A stretch of 64,000 bases of DNA from an uncultured archaeon (GTDB taxonomy: Archaea; Thermoproteota; Nitrososphaeria; Nitrososphaerales; Gagatemarchaeaceae). A program made the position numbers and the translations under genes. The stretch is from assembly GCA_963799775.1 (NCBI GenBank), contig CAWCYD010000003.1:1568001-1632000 (forward strand), given 5' to 3'. Numbering within the stretch: position 1 is the first letter of the stretch; each line of letters opens with the position of its first letter. The notes beneath the pieces were generated by a model. The model worked only from the letters and a program-made list of their open reading frames with translations. It did no database searches and was not told the DNA's origin. Shown here in pieces: positions 10,417 to 20,741 of this stretch.

Positions 10417-11826
10417 CTATTGCTTGGTGGTCGCCGTCGGTGTAGGTGTCATGGATCTTCGCCGGTACTTTTCTATCATCTCCGGCTTAATCCTCTTGAT
10501 CTCAGAGTCCGCGAGCGGGGCGATGACCTCCCAGCCGAGGTCGAGCGTCTGCTCGATGCTCCTGTCCTCGTTGATTCCCTGCTTCACGAACATCTTCTCG
10601 AACCTGTCGGCTATCTTGAGGAACTTCCTGTCGGTGTCGCTTAGCGCCTCTTCGCCGACGATGGCGGAGAGAGCGCGGTTGTCCTTTCCTTGTGCGTAGC
10701 AGGCGTACAGCTGGTCCGCGAGGCCCCTGTGGTCCTCCCTTGTCCTGCCCTTGCCGATTCCCTGGTTCATGAGCCTGGAGAGGCTCTCGAGGACGTCGAT
10801 CGGGGGGTAGATGCCCGCCCTGTCGAGGTCCCTGCTGACGTAGATCTGCCCCTCCGTGATGTAGCCGGTGAGATCCGGGATGGGGTGAGTCTTGTCGTCC
10901 GCCGGCATGGTGAGGATCGGGATCTGCGTGATCGAGCCCTTTCGGCCCCTTATCTTGCCCGCGCGCTCGTAGATCGTCGAGAGGTCTGTGTACGTGTATC
11001 CTGGGAAGCCCCTCCTCCCGGGGACCTCGTCCCTTGCCGCCGAGATCTCTCGTAGGGCCTCGCAGTAGTTCGTCATGTCGGTGAGGATGACGAGCACGTG
11101 GCTCTCCCGCTCGTAGGCAAGGAACTCCGCCGTGGTAAGGGCGAGCCTGGGCGTGAGTATCCTCTCCATCGAGGGGTCAGACGACAGGTTGAGGAAGAGG
11201 ACGGTCCTCTCGAGGGCGCCCGTCTCCTCGAACTGGCGGATGAAGTAGTTGGCCTCCTCGCTGGTGATCCCCATCGCGGCGAAGACCACGGAGAAGCTCT
11301 CGGAGGCGCTGAGCACCTTCGCCTGCCTCGCGATCTGCGCGGCGAGCGCGTTGTGCGGGAGCCCGCTCCCTGAGAAGATCGGGAGCTTCTGGCCCCTGAC
11401 GAGGGTGTTCATGCCGTCTATCGTGGAGATGCCTGTCTGGATGAACTCCGAGGGCTCCTCCCTGCTGTAGGGGTTCATGGCCGAGCCGACTATCTCGACC
11501 TTCTGCTTCGAGACGATTGTGGGGCCCTTGTCTCGTGGGTTGCCCAACCCGTCGAAGACGCGGCCGAGCATCTCGTCTGAGACTGAGATTCTTGCGGTCT
11601 CCCCCAAGAAGCGGACCGACGTTTGGCCGACGTTGAGGCCCATGGTCGAACCGAAGACCTGGACGATCGCGAGCCCCGCGCGCGAGTCGAGCACCTGCCC
11701 ACGGACCCGTTCGCCCACGGCGTTCGTGATCTCGACCATCTCGCCGTACGCCGCGTTCTCGACCTTGTCGACGAAGATCAGAGGCCCGGCTACCTGGTTT
11801 ACCGTCTTGTGTGAAACTGGCTGCAT
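10417..11826 (-). CDS. atpB: A/V-type ATP synthase subunit B
   Basis: [57 protein letters not shown]. Confidence 0.97.
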   Translation of the reverse strand: MQPVSHKTVNQVAGPLIFVDKVENAAYGEMVEITNAVGERVRGQVLDSRAGLAIVQVFGSTMGLNVGQTSVRFLGETARISVSDEMLGRVFDGLGNPRDKGPTIVSKQKVEIVGSAMNPYSREEPSEFIQTGISTIDGMNTLVRGQKLPIFSGSGLPHNALAAQIARQAKVLSASESFSVVFAAMGITSEEANYFIRQFEETGALERTVLFLNLSSDPSMERILTPRLALTTAEFLAYERESHVLVILTDMTNYCEALREISAARDEVPGRRGFPGYTYTDLSTIYERAGKIRGRKGSITQIPILTMPADDKTHPIPDLTGYITEGQIYVSRDLDRAGIYPPIDVLESLSRLMNQGIGKGRTREDHRGLADQLYACYAQGKDNRALSAIVGEEALSDTDRKFLKIADRFEKMFVKQGINEDRSIEQTLDLGWEVIAPLADSEIKRIKPEMIEKYRRRSMTPTPTATTKQ

Positions 11827-13614
11827 TTACTGTTGCACCTTGATTTCCTGTCTCAGGCCGGCGAACTGCTGGGCCATGTCGGCCTCGACCTCCTTGATGA
11901 AGGCCTCGACCTGGTCCTCCGGGGTCCACTTGATCTTCGATATCTTGGACTTGACCGGGAAGGCGGCGACCTGGGTCGCGGTGGCGCCCGTCTTGAGAGC
12001 CTCGGCCTCCATGTGCCCAAAGTCCAGTATCGCCTTGATCATGAGGTACTGCTTCCTGATGGACGAGTAGGTGTCCACCGGGTCGTAGGCGCTCTGCTGG
12101 AGGTAGTCTTCCCTGATCATCTTCGCGACGTCCATCGTCCCCTTCTCCGACTCTGGGAGCGCGTCGTAGCCCACGAGCTGGACGATGTCTTGGAGCTCTG
12201 CCTCCTTTTGGAGGATCTCCAGCGCCTCGCTGCGGAAGCCAGGCCAGTCCTTCCCGATGTTGGTGACGTACCAGTTGCGGAGGTCATCGGTGTAGAGCGA
12301 GTAGCTGTTGAGCCAGTTGATAGATGGGAAGTGCCTGCGCGCAGCCAAGCTGGCGTCGAGCGCCCAGAAGACCCTGGTGACACGGAGGGTGTTCTGCGAG
12401 ACGGGCTCCGAGAAGTCTCCGCCAGGAGGCGAGACCGCTCCGACCACCGACACCGAGCCGGTCCTGTCGTCGCCGGGGCCGAGGACGACTGCGCGTCCTG
12501 CCCTCTCGTAGAACTCCGCGAGCCTTCGGCCGAGGTATGCGGGGTAGCCTTCCTCGCCGGGCATCTCCTCGAGCCTGCCCGAGATCTCTCTCAGGGCCTC
12601 GGCCCACCTTGAGGTGCTGTCTGCCATGAGAGCGACGTCGTATCCCATGTCCCTGTAGTATTCGGCTATCGTGATTCCCGTGTAGATGCTGGCCTCCCTT
12701 GCAGCGACGGGCATGTTGGACGTGTTGGCGACGAGGATGGTCCTCTCCATCAGCGGCCTCTTTGAGCGGGGGTCTTCGAGTTCGGGGAAGGTCGCGAGCA
12801 CTTCCGTCATCTCGTTTCCTCTCTCTCCGCAGCCTACGTAGACGATGATGCTTGCGTCAGACCACTTTGCCAGCTGCTGCTGGGAGACCGTCTTTCCAGA
12901 GCCGAACGGCCCGGGGATTGCAGCGGTCCCGCCTTTTGCAAGCGGGAAGAATGTGTCGAAGACCCTCTGCCCTGTGAGGAGCGGGGTGTCGGGCGGGAGT
13001 TTCCTTGTGAGCGGCCTCGGGATCCTGACCCTCCACTTGGTGGCGAGGAAGACGGGGACGTCGCCCTCTGCGGCCTTGATTGAGCCGACCTTCTCTCTGA
13101 TCGTGAAGCTTCCGGCCTTTAGTTCCTTGAGCTCTCCGCTCACTCCGGGAGGGACCATGATCTTGTGAGAGATTAGGGGGGTCTCCTGGACCGTGCCGAG
13201 GATCTCTCCGGGGACGACCTTGTCTCCCGCCTTCTTCACAGGCTTGAACTCCCACTTCTTCTTCTCGTCGAGAGCGGGGATGACTAGCCCTCTGCTGATG
13301 AAGTCGCCGCTCTCCTTCCGTAGGACGTCGAGAGGGCGCTGGATCCCGTCGTAGATGGAGGTGAGGAGGCCAGGCCCGAGCTCGACGGAGAGCGCCTGAC
13401 CGGTGTTGACGACCTTCTCTCCGGGCTTGAGGCCCGTCGTGTCCTCGTAGATCTGGAGCGTGGCCGTGTCTCCCTGGAGCCTGATGACCTCGCCGACCAG
13501 ACCGAGGTCGCCGACGCGGACGACGTCGAACATCTTCGCCCCTTCCAGCCCCTTTGCTGCGACGACCGGACCTGAGACCCTGTAGACCACGCCAGTGTTG
13601 TTACTCTTGCTCAT
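11827..13614 (-). CDS. atpA: A/V-type ATP synthase subunit A
   Basis: Walker [36 protein letters not shown]; no intein. Confidence 0.97.
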   Translation of the reverse strand: MSKSNNTGVVYRVSGPVVAAKGLEGAKMFDVVRVGDLGLVGEVIRLQGDTATLQIYEDTTGLKPGEKVVNTGQALSVELGPGLLTSIYDGIQRPLDVLRKESGDFISRGLVIPALDEKKKWEFKPVKKAGDKVVPGEILGTVQETPLISHKIMVPPGVSGELKELKAGSFTIREKVGSIKAAEGDVPVFLATKWRVRIPRPLTRKLPPDTPLLTGQRVFDTFFPLAKGGTAAIPGPFGSGKTVSQQQLAKWSDASIIVYVGCGERGNEMTEVLATFPELEDPRSKRPLMERTILVANTSNMPVAAREASIYTGITIAEYYRDMGYDVALMADSTSRWAEALREISGRLEEMPGEEGYPAYLGRRLAEFYERAGRAVVLGPGDDRTGSVSVVGAVSPPGGDFSEPVSQNTLRVTRVFWALDASLAARRHFPSINWLNSYSLYTDDLRNWYVTNIGKDWPGFRSEALEILQKEAELQDIVQLVGYDALPESEKGTMDVAKMIREDYLQQSAYDPVDTYSSIRKQYLMIKAILDFGHMEAEALKTGATATQVAAFPVKSKISKIKWTPEDQVEAFIKEVEADMAQQFAGLRQEIKVQQ

Positions 13615-13615
13615 T

Positions 13616-13960
13616 CTAATTCCCCATCTTTATGTCGACGCCAAGGACGCGCTTTGCGAGCTTGGAGAGGGACTCCTCGGCCACCTCTGCGCCGTCCGCC
13701 GAGGGCATGAAGACGACGAGGGGGACGATGGAAGACTCGAGCTTGTCAAGGACCGCGGGCGACAATCCTTTGCGGGCCTCGTTTCCAACGATGATAAGGT
13801 TGTATTTCCCAGAGTTGAACAGGTCCATCACCGCCTTTTGCGAGTCTTGCCTGGTCACGGGGACTGCGTCCTCGACGCCTAGAAGCCGATAACCGAGAAC
13901 GAGCTCTTTTTCTCCGACGACGGCGATCTTTCCGACAAGAGCTTGAGTCCTCGAGCTCAT
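13616..13960 (-). CDS. atpF: A/V-type ATP synthase subunit F
   Basis: [19 protein letters not shown]...KRVLGVDI. Confidence 0.92.
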   Translation of the reverse strand: MSSRTQALVGKIAVVGEKELVLGYRLLGVEDAVPVTRQDSQKAVMDLFNSGKYNLIIVGNEARKGLSPAVLDKLESSIVPLVVFMPSADGAEVAEESLSKLAKRVLGVDIKMGN

Positions 13961-13967
13961 GTGTTTA

Positions 13968-15032
13968 TCATGCCGCCAGAATTACCGTCTTTATGTATTC
14001 TTCGGTCATCCCATACTGTTTCGCGTAAGTTATCCTCCTGATGTTCTGCCTCTCCACCTCCGCCTGGATGACAAAGCCGAAGACCGAGGTGAGCGACATG
14101 GGGAGGCTCCTGAACCTGGGCAGGAACTTTGTGATGATCATCTTGTCCAGAGAGACCTCGAACTCGGTGAGGTTCCCGGACTTTGTGTAGGCCTCGAGGG
14201 GAGCGCTGAGGTCGAACCAAGGCTCGAATCTCTTCGCCATATCGGAGACGTCCGCCGAGGCGTAAGCCTCCAGGAGGCTGGCGCTCGGGACGAGCCCGCC
14301 CTCGATGACGTGCTTCGCGAAGGTGTCCCTCTCGAGCTTGGACTCTCGGGCCTTTAGGAAGTTCAGGATATCCTTCTTCGAGATCTCCGACTTGATGTAT
14401 TCGCGCAGCACCCCCTCGTCCCCCCTGAGGAAGCGCAGCTCCCAGAGGAGCTTCGAGTAGAAGTAATTCTGCAGAGCCCCCGTGAAGACGCCGAGGTCGC
14501 CGGTCTTCCTGAACTCGCCGAGCTGCTGGAGGAGGATGGCGCCGTAGCCGTATTTCACTAGGTAGTTGATGACAGCCTCCACGTCCGGCTGCTGGAGGAG
14601 CACCTGGAGCTCGCTGAGTGGGATGGTGTTGAACGAGAGGCCAACGGGGAGGTTGCGCGAGGAGACGAGGAACGCCTCCGTCTCCTCGAGGCCCTTGCCG
14701 AGGGACTTCGCTGCGAGTATGAGCTCGATGTTCTCGATGTCCCACTTTGAGAGGTAGGCCAGGAGGGCCTGCTTGCCGAAGAGTGGGGCGGCCTGGATCG
14801 CTAACCTGTTTATCTTGACGAGGTGCCTGTTCAGGGCGATCTCGATGAGCTCAGGGGGCTTGTAGACGGCCGCAGCCGACTCGACCTCAGGCCCGTACCA
14901 GGTCGACTCGAGCTGCTGCGCAATCTCGGCGGTGTCCTTGGCCCTGGAGAGCTCGTAGAGCTTCTCCTTGCTGAGGAAGGATAGCGAGAGTGCCCGCAGC
15001 CTGCCCAGGCCCGCGAACTGGGTCGAACTCAT
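13968..15032 (-). CDS. atpC: A/V-type ATP synthase subunit C
   Basis: RLRAL...KWDIENI...EVERQNIRRI; operon position. Confidence 0.9.
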   Translation of the reverse strand: MSSTQFAGLGRLRALSLSFLSKEKLYELSRAKDTAEIAQQLESTWYGPEVESAAAVYKPPELIEIALNRHLVKINRLAIQAAPLFGKQALLAYLSKWDIENIELILAAKSLGKGLEETEAFLVSSRNLPVGLSFNTIPLSELQVLLQQPDVEAVINYLVKYGYGAILLQQLGEFRKTGDLGVFTGALQNYFYSKLLWELRFLRGDEGVLREYIKSEISKKDILNFLKARESKLERDTFAKHVIEGGLVPSASLLEAYASADVSDMAKRFEPWFDLSAPLEAYTKSGNLTEFEVSLDKMIITKFLPRFRSLPMSLTSVFGFVIQAEVERQNIRRITYAKQYGMTEEYIKTVILAA

Positions 15033-15042
15033 TCATCCACCG

Positions 15043-15603
15043 TTACTCCTTCCCAAGGATGGCGGCGCGCACGTCGTCCTCGCGCCCGCGCAGGAGCTCC
15101 TCGAATGTGAGGTCGAGCTCGAGGGTCCCGTCCTCCGAGTCGGCGACGAACCCGCCCATGGAGTTGAGGTCGGCGGACGCGACCTTGGCGCCCGCTGCCT
15201 TTAGCGTCGCCTCGTCGGCCTTGCGACAGGTCACGGCGATCTTGCCCCCGAGCCTCTTGGAGGCGTAGCGCGCCATCTTCTGCAGGAGCTCGGGGTAAGC
15301 GGGCGACGAGGCGAGCTCTGCGAGGGACTGCTTGAGGGCGCCGATGTTGCTCTCGAGCATCTTCTCCGTCGCGTCGAACATTATCTTCTTCGCCTGGAGC
15401 TTGGAAGCCCCCTGGATCCTGATCTTCTCCCTCTGGGAGGCCACTGCCGCCTCCTTCTTGGCGTTCTCCATGATGTAGGCGAGCTGCTCTTCGGTGCGCT
15501 TCTTGACCTCGTCGCGCTTGGCCGCGTACTCGGCCTCGAGGGCCTCTAGGGCCTTTTTGCGCCTGTCCTCGACTTCCTTGAGTAAGGCGTCTACGCCCAT
15601 CAT
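15043..15603 (-). CDS. atpE: A/V-type ATP synthase subunit E
   Basis: N-terminal coiled coil, C-terminal MGGFVADSEDG...LDLTFEELL. Confidence 0.9.
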   Translation of the reverse strand: MMGVDALLKEVEDRRKKALEALEAEYAAKRDEVKKRTEEQLAYIMENAKKEAAVASQREKIRIQGASKLQAKKIMFDATEKMLESNIGALKQSLAELASSPAYPELLQKMARYASKRLGGKIAVTCRKADEATLKAAGAKVASADLNSMGGFVADSEDGTLELDLTFEELLRGREDDVRAAILGKE

Positions 15604-15619
15604 GGCTAGACAGCCCTCT

Positions 15620-15844
15620 TTACAGGATGTTGAGGAGCAGGATTACACCGAGGACGAAGCCGATGATCCACAACGTCTCCGGGATGACGAAGAAGAAGAG
15701 AACCTGGCCGAACTTCTCGGGTTTCTCTGCGATTATCCCCATGCCCGCCGCGCCGATACCCTGCTGTGCGATACCGGTCCCTATCAGGCCGCCAGCCATC
15801 ACTATCGCTGCGGCGATTGCAAGCTCAGGACTTACTACAACCAT
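15620..15844 (-). CDS. atpK: A/V-type ATP synthase subunit K (c, proteolipid), single hairpin
   Basis: GIAQQGIGAAG...AEKPE...IPETLW ion-binding Glu. Confidence 0.95.
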   Translation of the reverse strand: MVVVSPELAIAAAIVMAGGLIGTGIAQQGIGAAGMGIIAEKPEKFGQVLFFFVIPETLWIIGFVLGVILLLNIL

Positions 15845-15977
15845 TTGGAAATTCTGTGCTTCCGTTGCTTTGGAGAACCGTATTTATGCATATCTGCACG
15901 TTTGTAAAGTTGGGAGGGACATTCCGGCCCCTGCGCCGGCTGGCGTGACGAGATGAGGACGCTTAAGTAAAGGCCCG

Positions 15978-16334
15978 ATGATGAAGGCAAAGGCCTTGTC
16001 GAGCGTCAAGACCTTCTTCCGTCACTGCCCGTCTTGCGGCCGAAGGTTCGAGATTCGGCTGGTGAAGAAGGAGGAGGTGGACTCGGAGGAGCTTGAGGAG
16101 AACTTACCTCGGCCGGGGCTCGCAAACCCGATCATCGAGAGGGCGATGGTTACGAACCCCGTGACCCCGGTCCTCACCGGGTCGCCAATCAAGTTGAGCG
16201 AGGGCGAACCCTCAATCGTGGACATCGAGGATTTTCGATACACCTACAGGTGCAAGCACTGCGGGCACGAATGGTCGGAGGTCCACACGACCGAGGACAG
16301 TTTCAAGGCCCCAGAGGGCTACACTGGAGACTGA
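15978..16334 (+). CDS. Zn-ribbon protein
   Basis: HCPSCG ... YRCKHCGHEW. Confidence 0.6.
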   Translation: MMKAKALSSVKTFFRHCPSCGRRFEIRLVKKEEVDSEELEENLPRPGLANPIIERAMVTNPVTPVLTGSPIKLSEGEPSIVDIEDFRYTYRCKHCGHEWSEVHTTEDSFKAPEGYTGD

Positions 16335-16357
16335 GCAGACCTACAATCGGGGTCGGC

Positions 16358-16696
16358 TCAGGACGTCAGGAGAAGTATTGCCTTCGCCACCTCACCGTCT
16401 GACTGCTCCAGCGCCGCTACCGCCTTTTCTCGTGTCACGTTCGCTTGCTGCTGCACTAGCACTATGTCGTCGTCCGAGAACTTCTTGACCTCCTTGGCCA
16501 TCTCCTCGACCTCGCCCGCCACCTGGAAGACGCGGTTCCCCTGGAAGTTCACCTCGGAGACGGAAGCTCCGCTGATGACGAGGTCCTTGGTGGCAGTCCG
16601 GATGATGACCTCTTCCACGTCGGGGACCTCCTTCTGATTTATCCCCATCTTCTCCATCATCCTCCGCGCGTTCCTGTCGTTGAGTTTCATTCCCAC
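16358..16696 (-). CDS. nac: Archaeal nascent polypeptide-associated complex protein
   Basis: RRMMEKMGI...VEEVIIR...DDIVLVQQQANV...GEVAKAILLL (NAC + UBA-like). Confidence 0.92.
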   Translation of the reverse strand: MGMKLNDRNARRMMEKMGINQKEVPDVEEVIIRTATKDLVISGASVSEVNFQGNRVFQVAGEVEEMAKEVKKFSDDDIVLVQQQANVTREKAVAALEQSDGEVAKAILLLTS

Positions 16697-16771
16697 GGAA
16701 GTCGCCTAGCTCTCACTAGCGAGTCCCTGCCTTAAAGTCATCGATGAATGAGAGGGGCCGAGCCCAGGCCC

Positions 16772-17224
16772 TCACTCGTCTGGAGCGGATTCCCTGCTCG
16801 CGGATGCGCGGGTCTTTACGGCCACCCCGTGCTTGAACTCGCGCATGTAGTCCCCGTGCACCTTGGCGCAGCCGACCGCTATCACGTTCCCGTCGGGATC
16901 GAGCACCGCGACCTCCCCATACGGAAGGACGTGCTTGCCGACTTTTCGCACGAACTTGCAGAAGACGGACTTGCCCTCGCGGACGAAAGGGACCGCTGCC
17001 TGGTCGACGGTCACCGTGTTCTGCGCGTAGGCCCTGGACTTGATGAGGACGGTCGCGCCGTAGAAGGTGGGAGCGATGATGCCGGCGGGCCTGATTGTGG
17101 CGAAGAGCTTCTCCTCGTGGATGACCTGCTTCAGCCTGTCCGAGCGCTTCGAGTAGACGAAGCCGAGGCCAGTCTTCGGGAGTGCCTTGCTCGTCCCGGG
17201 GCCGAACTCATAGTCGAGCATCAC
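16772..17224 (-). CDS. PUA-domain protein (arcTGT C-terminal-like); true start may be upstream
   Basis: DYEFG...FVREGKSVFCKFV...GVAVKTR. Confidence 0.8.
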   Translation of the reverse strand: MMLDYEFGPGTSKALPKTGLGFVYSKRSDRLKQVIHEEKLFATIRPAGIIAPTFYGATVLIKSRAYAQNTVTVDQAAVPFVREGKSVFCKFVRKVGKHVLPYGEVAVLDPDGNVIAVGCAKVHGDYMREFKHGVAVKTRASASRESAPDE

Positions 17225-17365
17225 CGAGAACTGCTTCCGGCCGTCGAGTAGTCGCGAGCGAGATCCCCGTCCTCGGTCGGCTCCTCACGATGTCTATGTA
17301 AAGGTCTGCGGGATGTCGGTTTCTAGGAGCGAAACTTTAAGGCACCTTCCGATTCACGAGGCTTT

Positions 17366-17798
17366 GTGAAGGCCCAGTGTGAGGTCTGCGGCTCTCCGCT
17401 CCGTGTTCCAAACAGAGTGGAGATAGACGGCGCGACGATGGTGGTATGCGACACGTGCGCGAGGCTGGGGAGGCCTCTGGGGCCCCGCCCTGACGCCGAA
17501 GCCGCGCCCGTCCCCGTTCCAGAACACGACGAGGACGATGTCCCAGCCGAGGATCGAGCCGGAGTATGACGTGGACCCGGACTATAGCCTCAAGATCAGG
17601 CAGGCGAGGGAGAAGCAGGGCCTGTCCCAAGACCAGCTGGGGATGCTCCTGAACGAGAAGCCCTCTGTGATAAAGATGGTCGAGTCCAAGAAGCTCAAGC
17701 CCGACATCGCGCTCACCCGAAAGCTCATGCATCAGTTGAAGATCAACCTCCTTGTCTCGATGTCCGAGCTCGAAGGCGGCGCCTCCAGCTCGATGTGA
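17366..17798 (+). CDS. mbf1: Archaeal multiprotein bridging factor aMBF1 (frameshift near 17520)
   Basis: CEVCG...IDGATMVVCDTC Zn ribbon; second frame DYSLKIRQARE...LSQDQLG...EKPSVIKMVE HTH. Confidence 0.88.
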
Positions 17799-18893
17799 GC
17801 ATGAACAGGGCCCTCCTCGTCACACGTCCCGATAGGGACACAATAGAAGAGGCCGACGCACTCGCGCGGGCCGCGGGCTACGAGCCGGTCGGCGTCGTCA
17901 CGCAGGGATTCTTGCACCACGCAAAGTATGGCGTCGGGACGGGCAAGGCGGAGGAGCTCGCCCGCGAGGTGAAGGAGAAGGAGGCAGACCTGATAATCTT
18001 CGACTCCGCGCTTCGGGCGTCCCAGACCTACGCGCTCGCGAAGCTCTGCAAGGTCGAGGTGAAGGACAGGGAGAAGGTGATACTAGAGATATTCGCGATG
18101 CGGGCCTCCACCGCGGAGGCCAAGCTCCAGGTCCAGCTCGCGGAGCTGGAGTACGAGATCCCCAGGGCGAGGGAGAACGTGAGGATGGCGAGGCAGGCGG
18201 AGCAGCCCGGGTTCTTCGGCCTGGGCAAGTACGAGGCGGACGTCTACACCAGGATGATGAAGAGCCGCGTCTCGACCCTCAAGCGAAAGGTCGAGGCCGT
18301 GGCCAAGAGGCGCGAGATCTTCCGGGAGAACAGGAGGAAGCTCGCCTTCCCGACGATCGCCCTTGCCGGCTACACGGCGGCCGGGAAGACCAGCCTCTTC
18401 AACTTCCTCACCGGGGAGTCGAAGAGCGTCGACGCAGGGGTCTTCACGACGCTTGCCCCCACCACGAGGGCGATGATGGTCGGGGAGAGGAAGACGCTCC
18501 TCACCGACACGGTCGGCTTCATCAGCAACCTTCCGGCCTACCTCATCGAGTCGTTCAAGTCGACCCTCGAGGAGATATCGTATGCCAGCGTCGTCTTCCT
18601 GCTCCTGGACGTCAGCCAGTCCGCGGAGAAGTTCATCAGGAGCTTCGAGAGCTCGGCCGAGGTCCATGACGGAGCTCGGGGTGAAGCCCTCGAGCGTGAT
18701 ATTCATCCTGAACAAGTGCGACCTCGCGCCTGCGGAGCTCATCGAGGAGAGGAAGCAGCAGCTCGGCCCGGTGCAGATTGCGGAGATATCGGCGAAGACG
18801 GGCGCGGGCATCGAGAGCCTCCTCAAGCTCGCAGGCTCGCAGCTCGACCAGATGGCCGAGGAGGAGGGGATAGAGGGGAAGGTGCCCACTTGA
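17795..18893 (+). CDS. hflX: GTPase HflX (frameshift near 18665)
   Basis: EAKLQVQLAEL, GYTAAGKTS, FTTL, DTVGF, NKCD, ISAKTG. Confidence 0.92.
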
Positions 18894-18894
18894 G

Positions 18895-19425
18895 TTGGGC
18901 CTTGCCAGCGTCAGGGTCGTAAGGGTCGGGCACAGATACGTCCGGGACTACCGCACCTTGACCCACCTCTGCCTGGTCTCGAGGGCCCTAGGGGCCGAGG
19001 CCATCTATCTCGAGGAGGTCGAGAAGGAGCTCGCAGAGACCGTGGCCGAGGTCAACCGAACCTGGGGCGGGGACTTTCAGATCATCGAGGGCGGCTGGAA
19101 GAAGGTCTTCCAGGAGGCGAAGAAGGAGGGACGGGCCATCGTCCACCTCACGATGTATGGGTCTCCCCTCCAGGACAAGCTTACCGAGCTAAGGAAGCAC
19201 AAGAGCTTCCTGGTAGCCGTGGGAGGCCCCAAGGTGCCTGGCGAGGTCTACCAGATGGCCGACTACAACATCGCGGTGACTTCTCAGCCCCATTCCGAGG
19301 TCGCGGCCCTGGCGATAACGGTCCACGAGTTGCAAAAGGGGGAAGAGCTTAAGAAGGTGTTTGGCGATTATAAGCTCAAGATAATCCCCACGGCGAAAGG
19401 GAAGCAAGTAGAGCAGAAAACGTGA
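18895..19425 (+). CDS. trm56: tRNA (cytidine56-2'-O)-methyltransferase aTrm56
   Basis: RVGHRYVRDYRTLTHLCLVSRALGA, VHLTMYG, KVP, QPHSEVAAL. Confidence 0.93.
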   Translation: MGLASVRVVRVGHRYVRDYRTLTHLCLVSRALGAEAIYLEEVEKELAETVAEVNRTWGGDFQIIEGGWKKVFQEAKKEGRAIVHLTMYGSPLQDKLTELRKHKSFLVAVGGPKVPGEVYQMADYNIAVTSQPHSEVAALAITVHELQKGEELKKVFGDYKLKIIPTAKGKQVEQKT

Positions 19426-19931
19426 AAATCGAGTACGAGGACACTTTTGTCAAAGTCGCCGGCCTTATAGGCGGTCCTGACTACGTCAGGGTAGCCCGCG
19501 CTCTGCTCAACAACGAGAACGCCACGGACGAGGAGATAGCCTCGGCCACGGGCCTCAAGATAAAGACGGTGAGGAAGGCCCTCTACGACCTATTCGGGAG
19601 GAGCCTCATCTCCGGAGTGAGGGTCAGGGACCCCAAGAGGGGCTGGTTCGTCTACAGGTGGAAGGCCCAGCGCGACCAGACCGACGGGTTCATCCAGACC
19701 CAGAAGAAGAAGATCCTCGCGAGGCTCAAGCAGAGGCTCGAGCACGAGGAGACGAGGGAGTTCTACTACTGCGGGACGCCCACATGCGTAACGCGGACCT
19801 TCGAGGAGGCGATGGAGACCTTCTTCAAGTGCCCGACGTGCTCGAGGCCCCTCAACAGGATAGACAACACTGATCTGAAGGATGCCCTGCGCTGGAAGAT
19901 CAACCAGCTGGAAGAGGACATCACAAAGTGA
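19422..19931 (+). CDS. tfe: Transcription factor E alpha
   Basis: TDEEIA...VRKALYDL...GWFVYRW; FYYC...C...FKCPTC. Confidence 0.92.
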   Translation: MKIEYEDTFVKVAGLIGGPDYVRVARALLNNENATDEEIASATGLKIKTVRKALYDLFGRSLISGVRVRDPKRGWFVYRWKAQRDQTDGFIQTQKKKILARLKQRLEHEETREFYYCGTPTCVTRTFEEAMETFFKCPTCSRPLNRIDNTDLKDALRWKINQLEEDITK

Positions 19932-19972
19932 CCTCACGGCCAGCCGTCCTGACCTGAAGGTCGGGTGCGCGC

Positions 19973-20509
19973 TTGATACCCAACGCCGCTCAGGCGCTCG
20001 CCCTGCACAAGAAGTACGGGAGCAACGACCGGACAGTCAACCACTGCTCAGCATGCGCAGGGATCTCTGCGCTGCTCTTAGAGAAGGCGGCAGAGAAGGG
20101 ACACAGCCTGGAGGAGGAGGCTGCAATCTCGGCGGCCCTCCTTCATGACATCGGCAGGAGCCAGACGCAGCTGGTATCCCACGGCTATGTCGGTGCCCAG
20201 CTTCTCGAGAAGGAAGGCGTCGACAAGGTCGTGGTGGAGATCGTCAAGAGGCACGTGGGAGCTGGGATCTCATCCGAAGAAGCGACGAGCCTGGGTTTCC
20301 CGCCCGGAGACTACCTCCCGAGGACGCTCGAGGAGAAGATCGTCTGCTTCTCAGACAAGATGCTCGACGGGGACAAGGCGAGGCCCTTCGAGGAGGAGGT
20401 CAAGAGGTTCGTGAAGAAGGGTCACGACGTTGCGAGGTTGAGGAAGCTCAAGGAAGATGTCAGCGCGGCCGTCCGGGCGGACGCTGAATCGCTCGTCCTT
20501 TCGGGCTGA
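19973..20509 (+). CDS. HD-domain hydrolase (TIGR00295-like)
   Basis: NHC, ALLHDIGRS, HG, RHVGAG, TLEEKIVCFSDK. Confidence 0.85.
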   Translation: MIPNAAQALALHKKYGSNDRTVNHCSACAGISALLLEKAAEKGHSLEEEAAISAALLHDIGRSQTQLVSHGYVGAQLLEKEGVDKVVVEIVKRHVGAGISSEEATSLGFPPGDYLPRTLEEKIVCFSDKMLDGDKARPFEEEVKRFVKKGHDVARLRKLKEDVSAAVRADAESLVLSG

Positions 20510-20582
20510 GTGTCAAGCGCCCATTTTTCGACTGGCAACTGCGAGAAGGATATAAGGGTCAGAAATCGGTCTTTCTCTCTGC

Positions 20583-20697
20583 AGCGAGGTGGGGAAGCCA
20601 GACCTTCTCCCGAACGAAGGGGCAAGGTTATCCCGGCGGGCTCATAATCTTCTGATGAGGGACCCGCAGAGCGGTGGTTCAAATCCACCCCTCGCTA
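20583..20697 (+). tRNA. Initiator tRNA-Met(CAT) with two introns (~20602-20626 in D-loop; 20647-20661 at 37/38)
   Basis: A1-U72 acceptor AGCGAGG/CCTCGCT, anticodon arm GCGGG-CTCATAA-CCCGC, T arm GGTGG-TTCAAAT-CCACC; canonical BHB CTCA/TGAG; 75 nt after splicing. Confidence 0.9.
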
Positions 20698-20741
20698 CCT
20701 TTTCTCATTTGCCGGTGCCTGTCTAATCATCGGCTGGTTCG

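Noticed and set aside
568-14745. Long antisense and alternative-frame ORFs (e.g. 568..1431, 4217..5008, 7496..8404, 11833..12612)
   Set aside because: Shadow ORFs of GC3-rich genes; low-complexity R/G/L-rich translations overlapping well-supported CDSs
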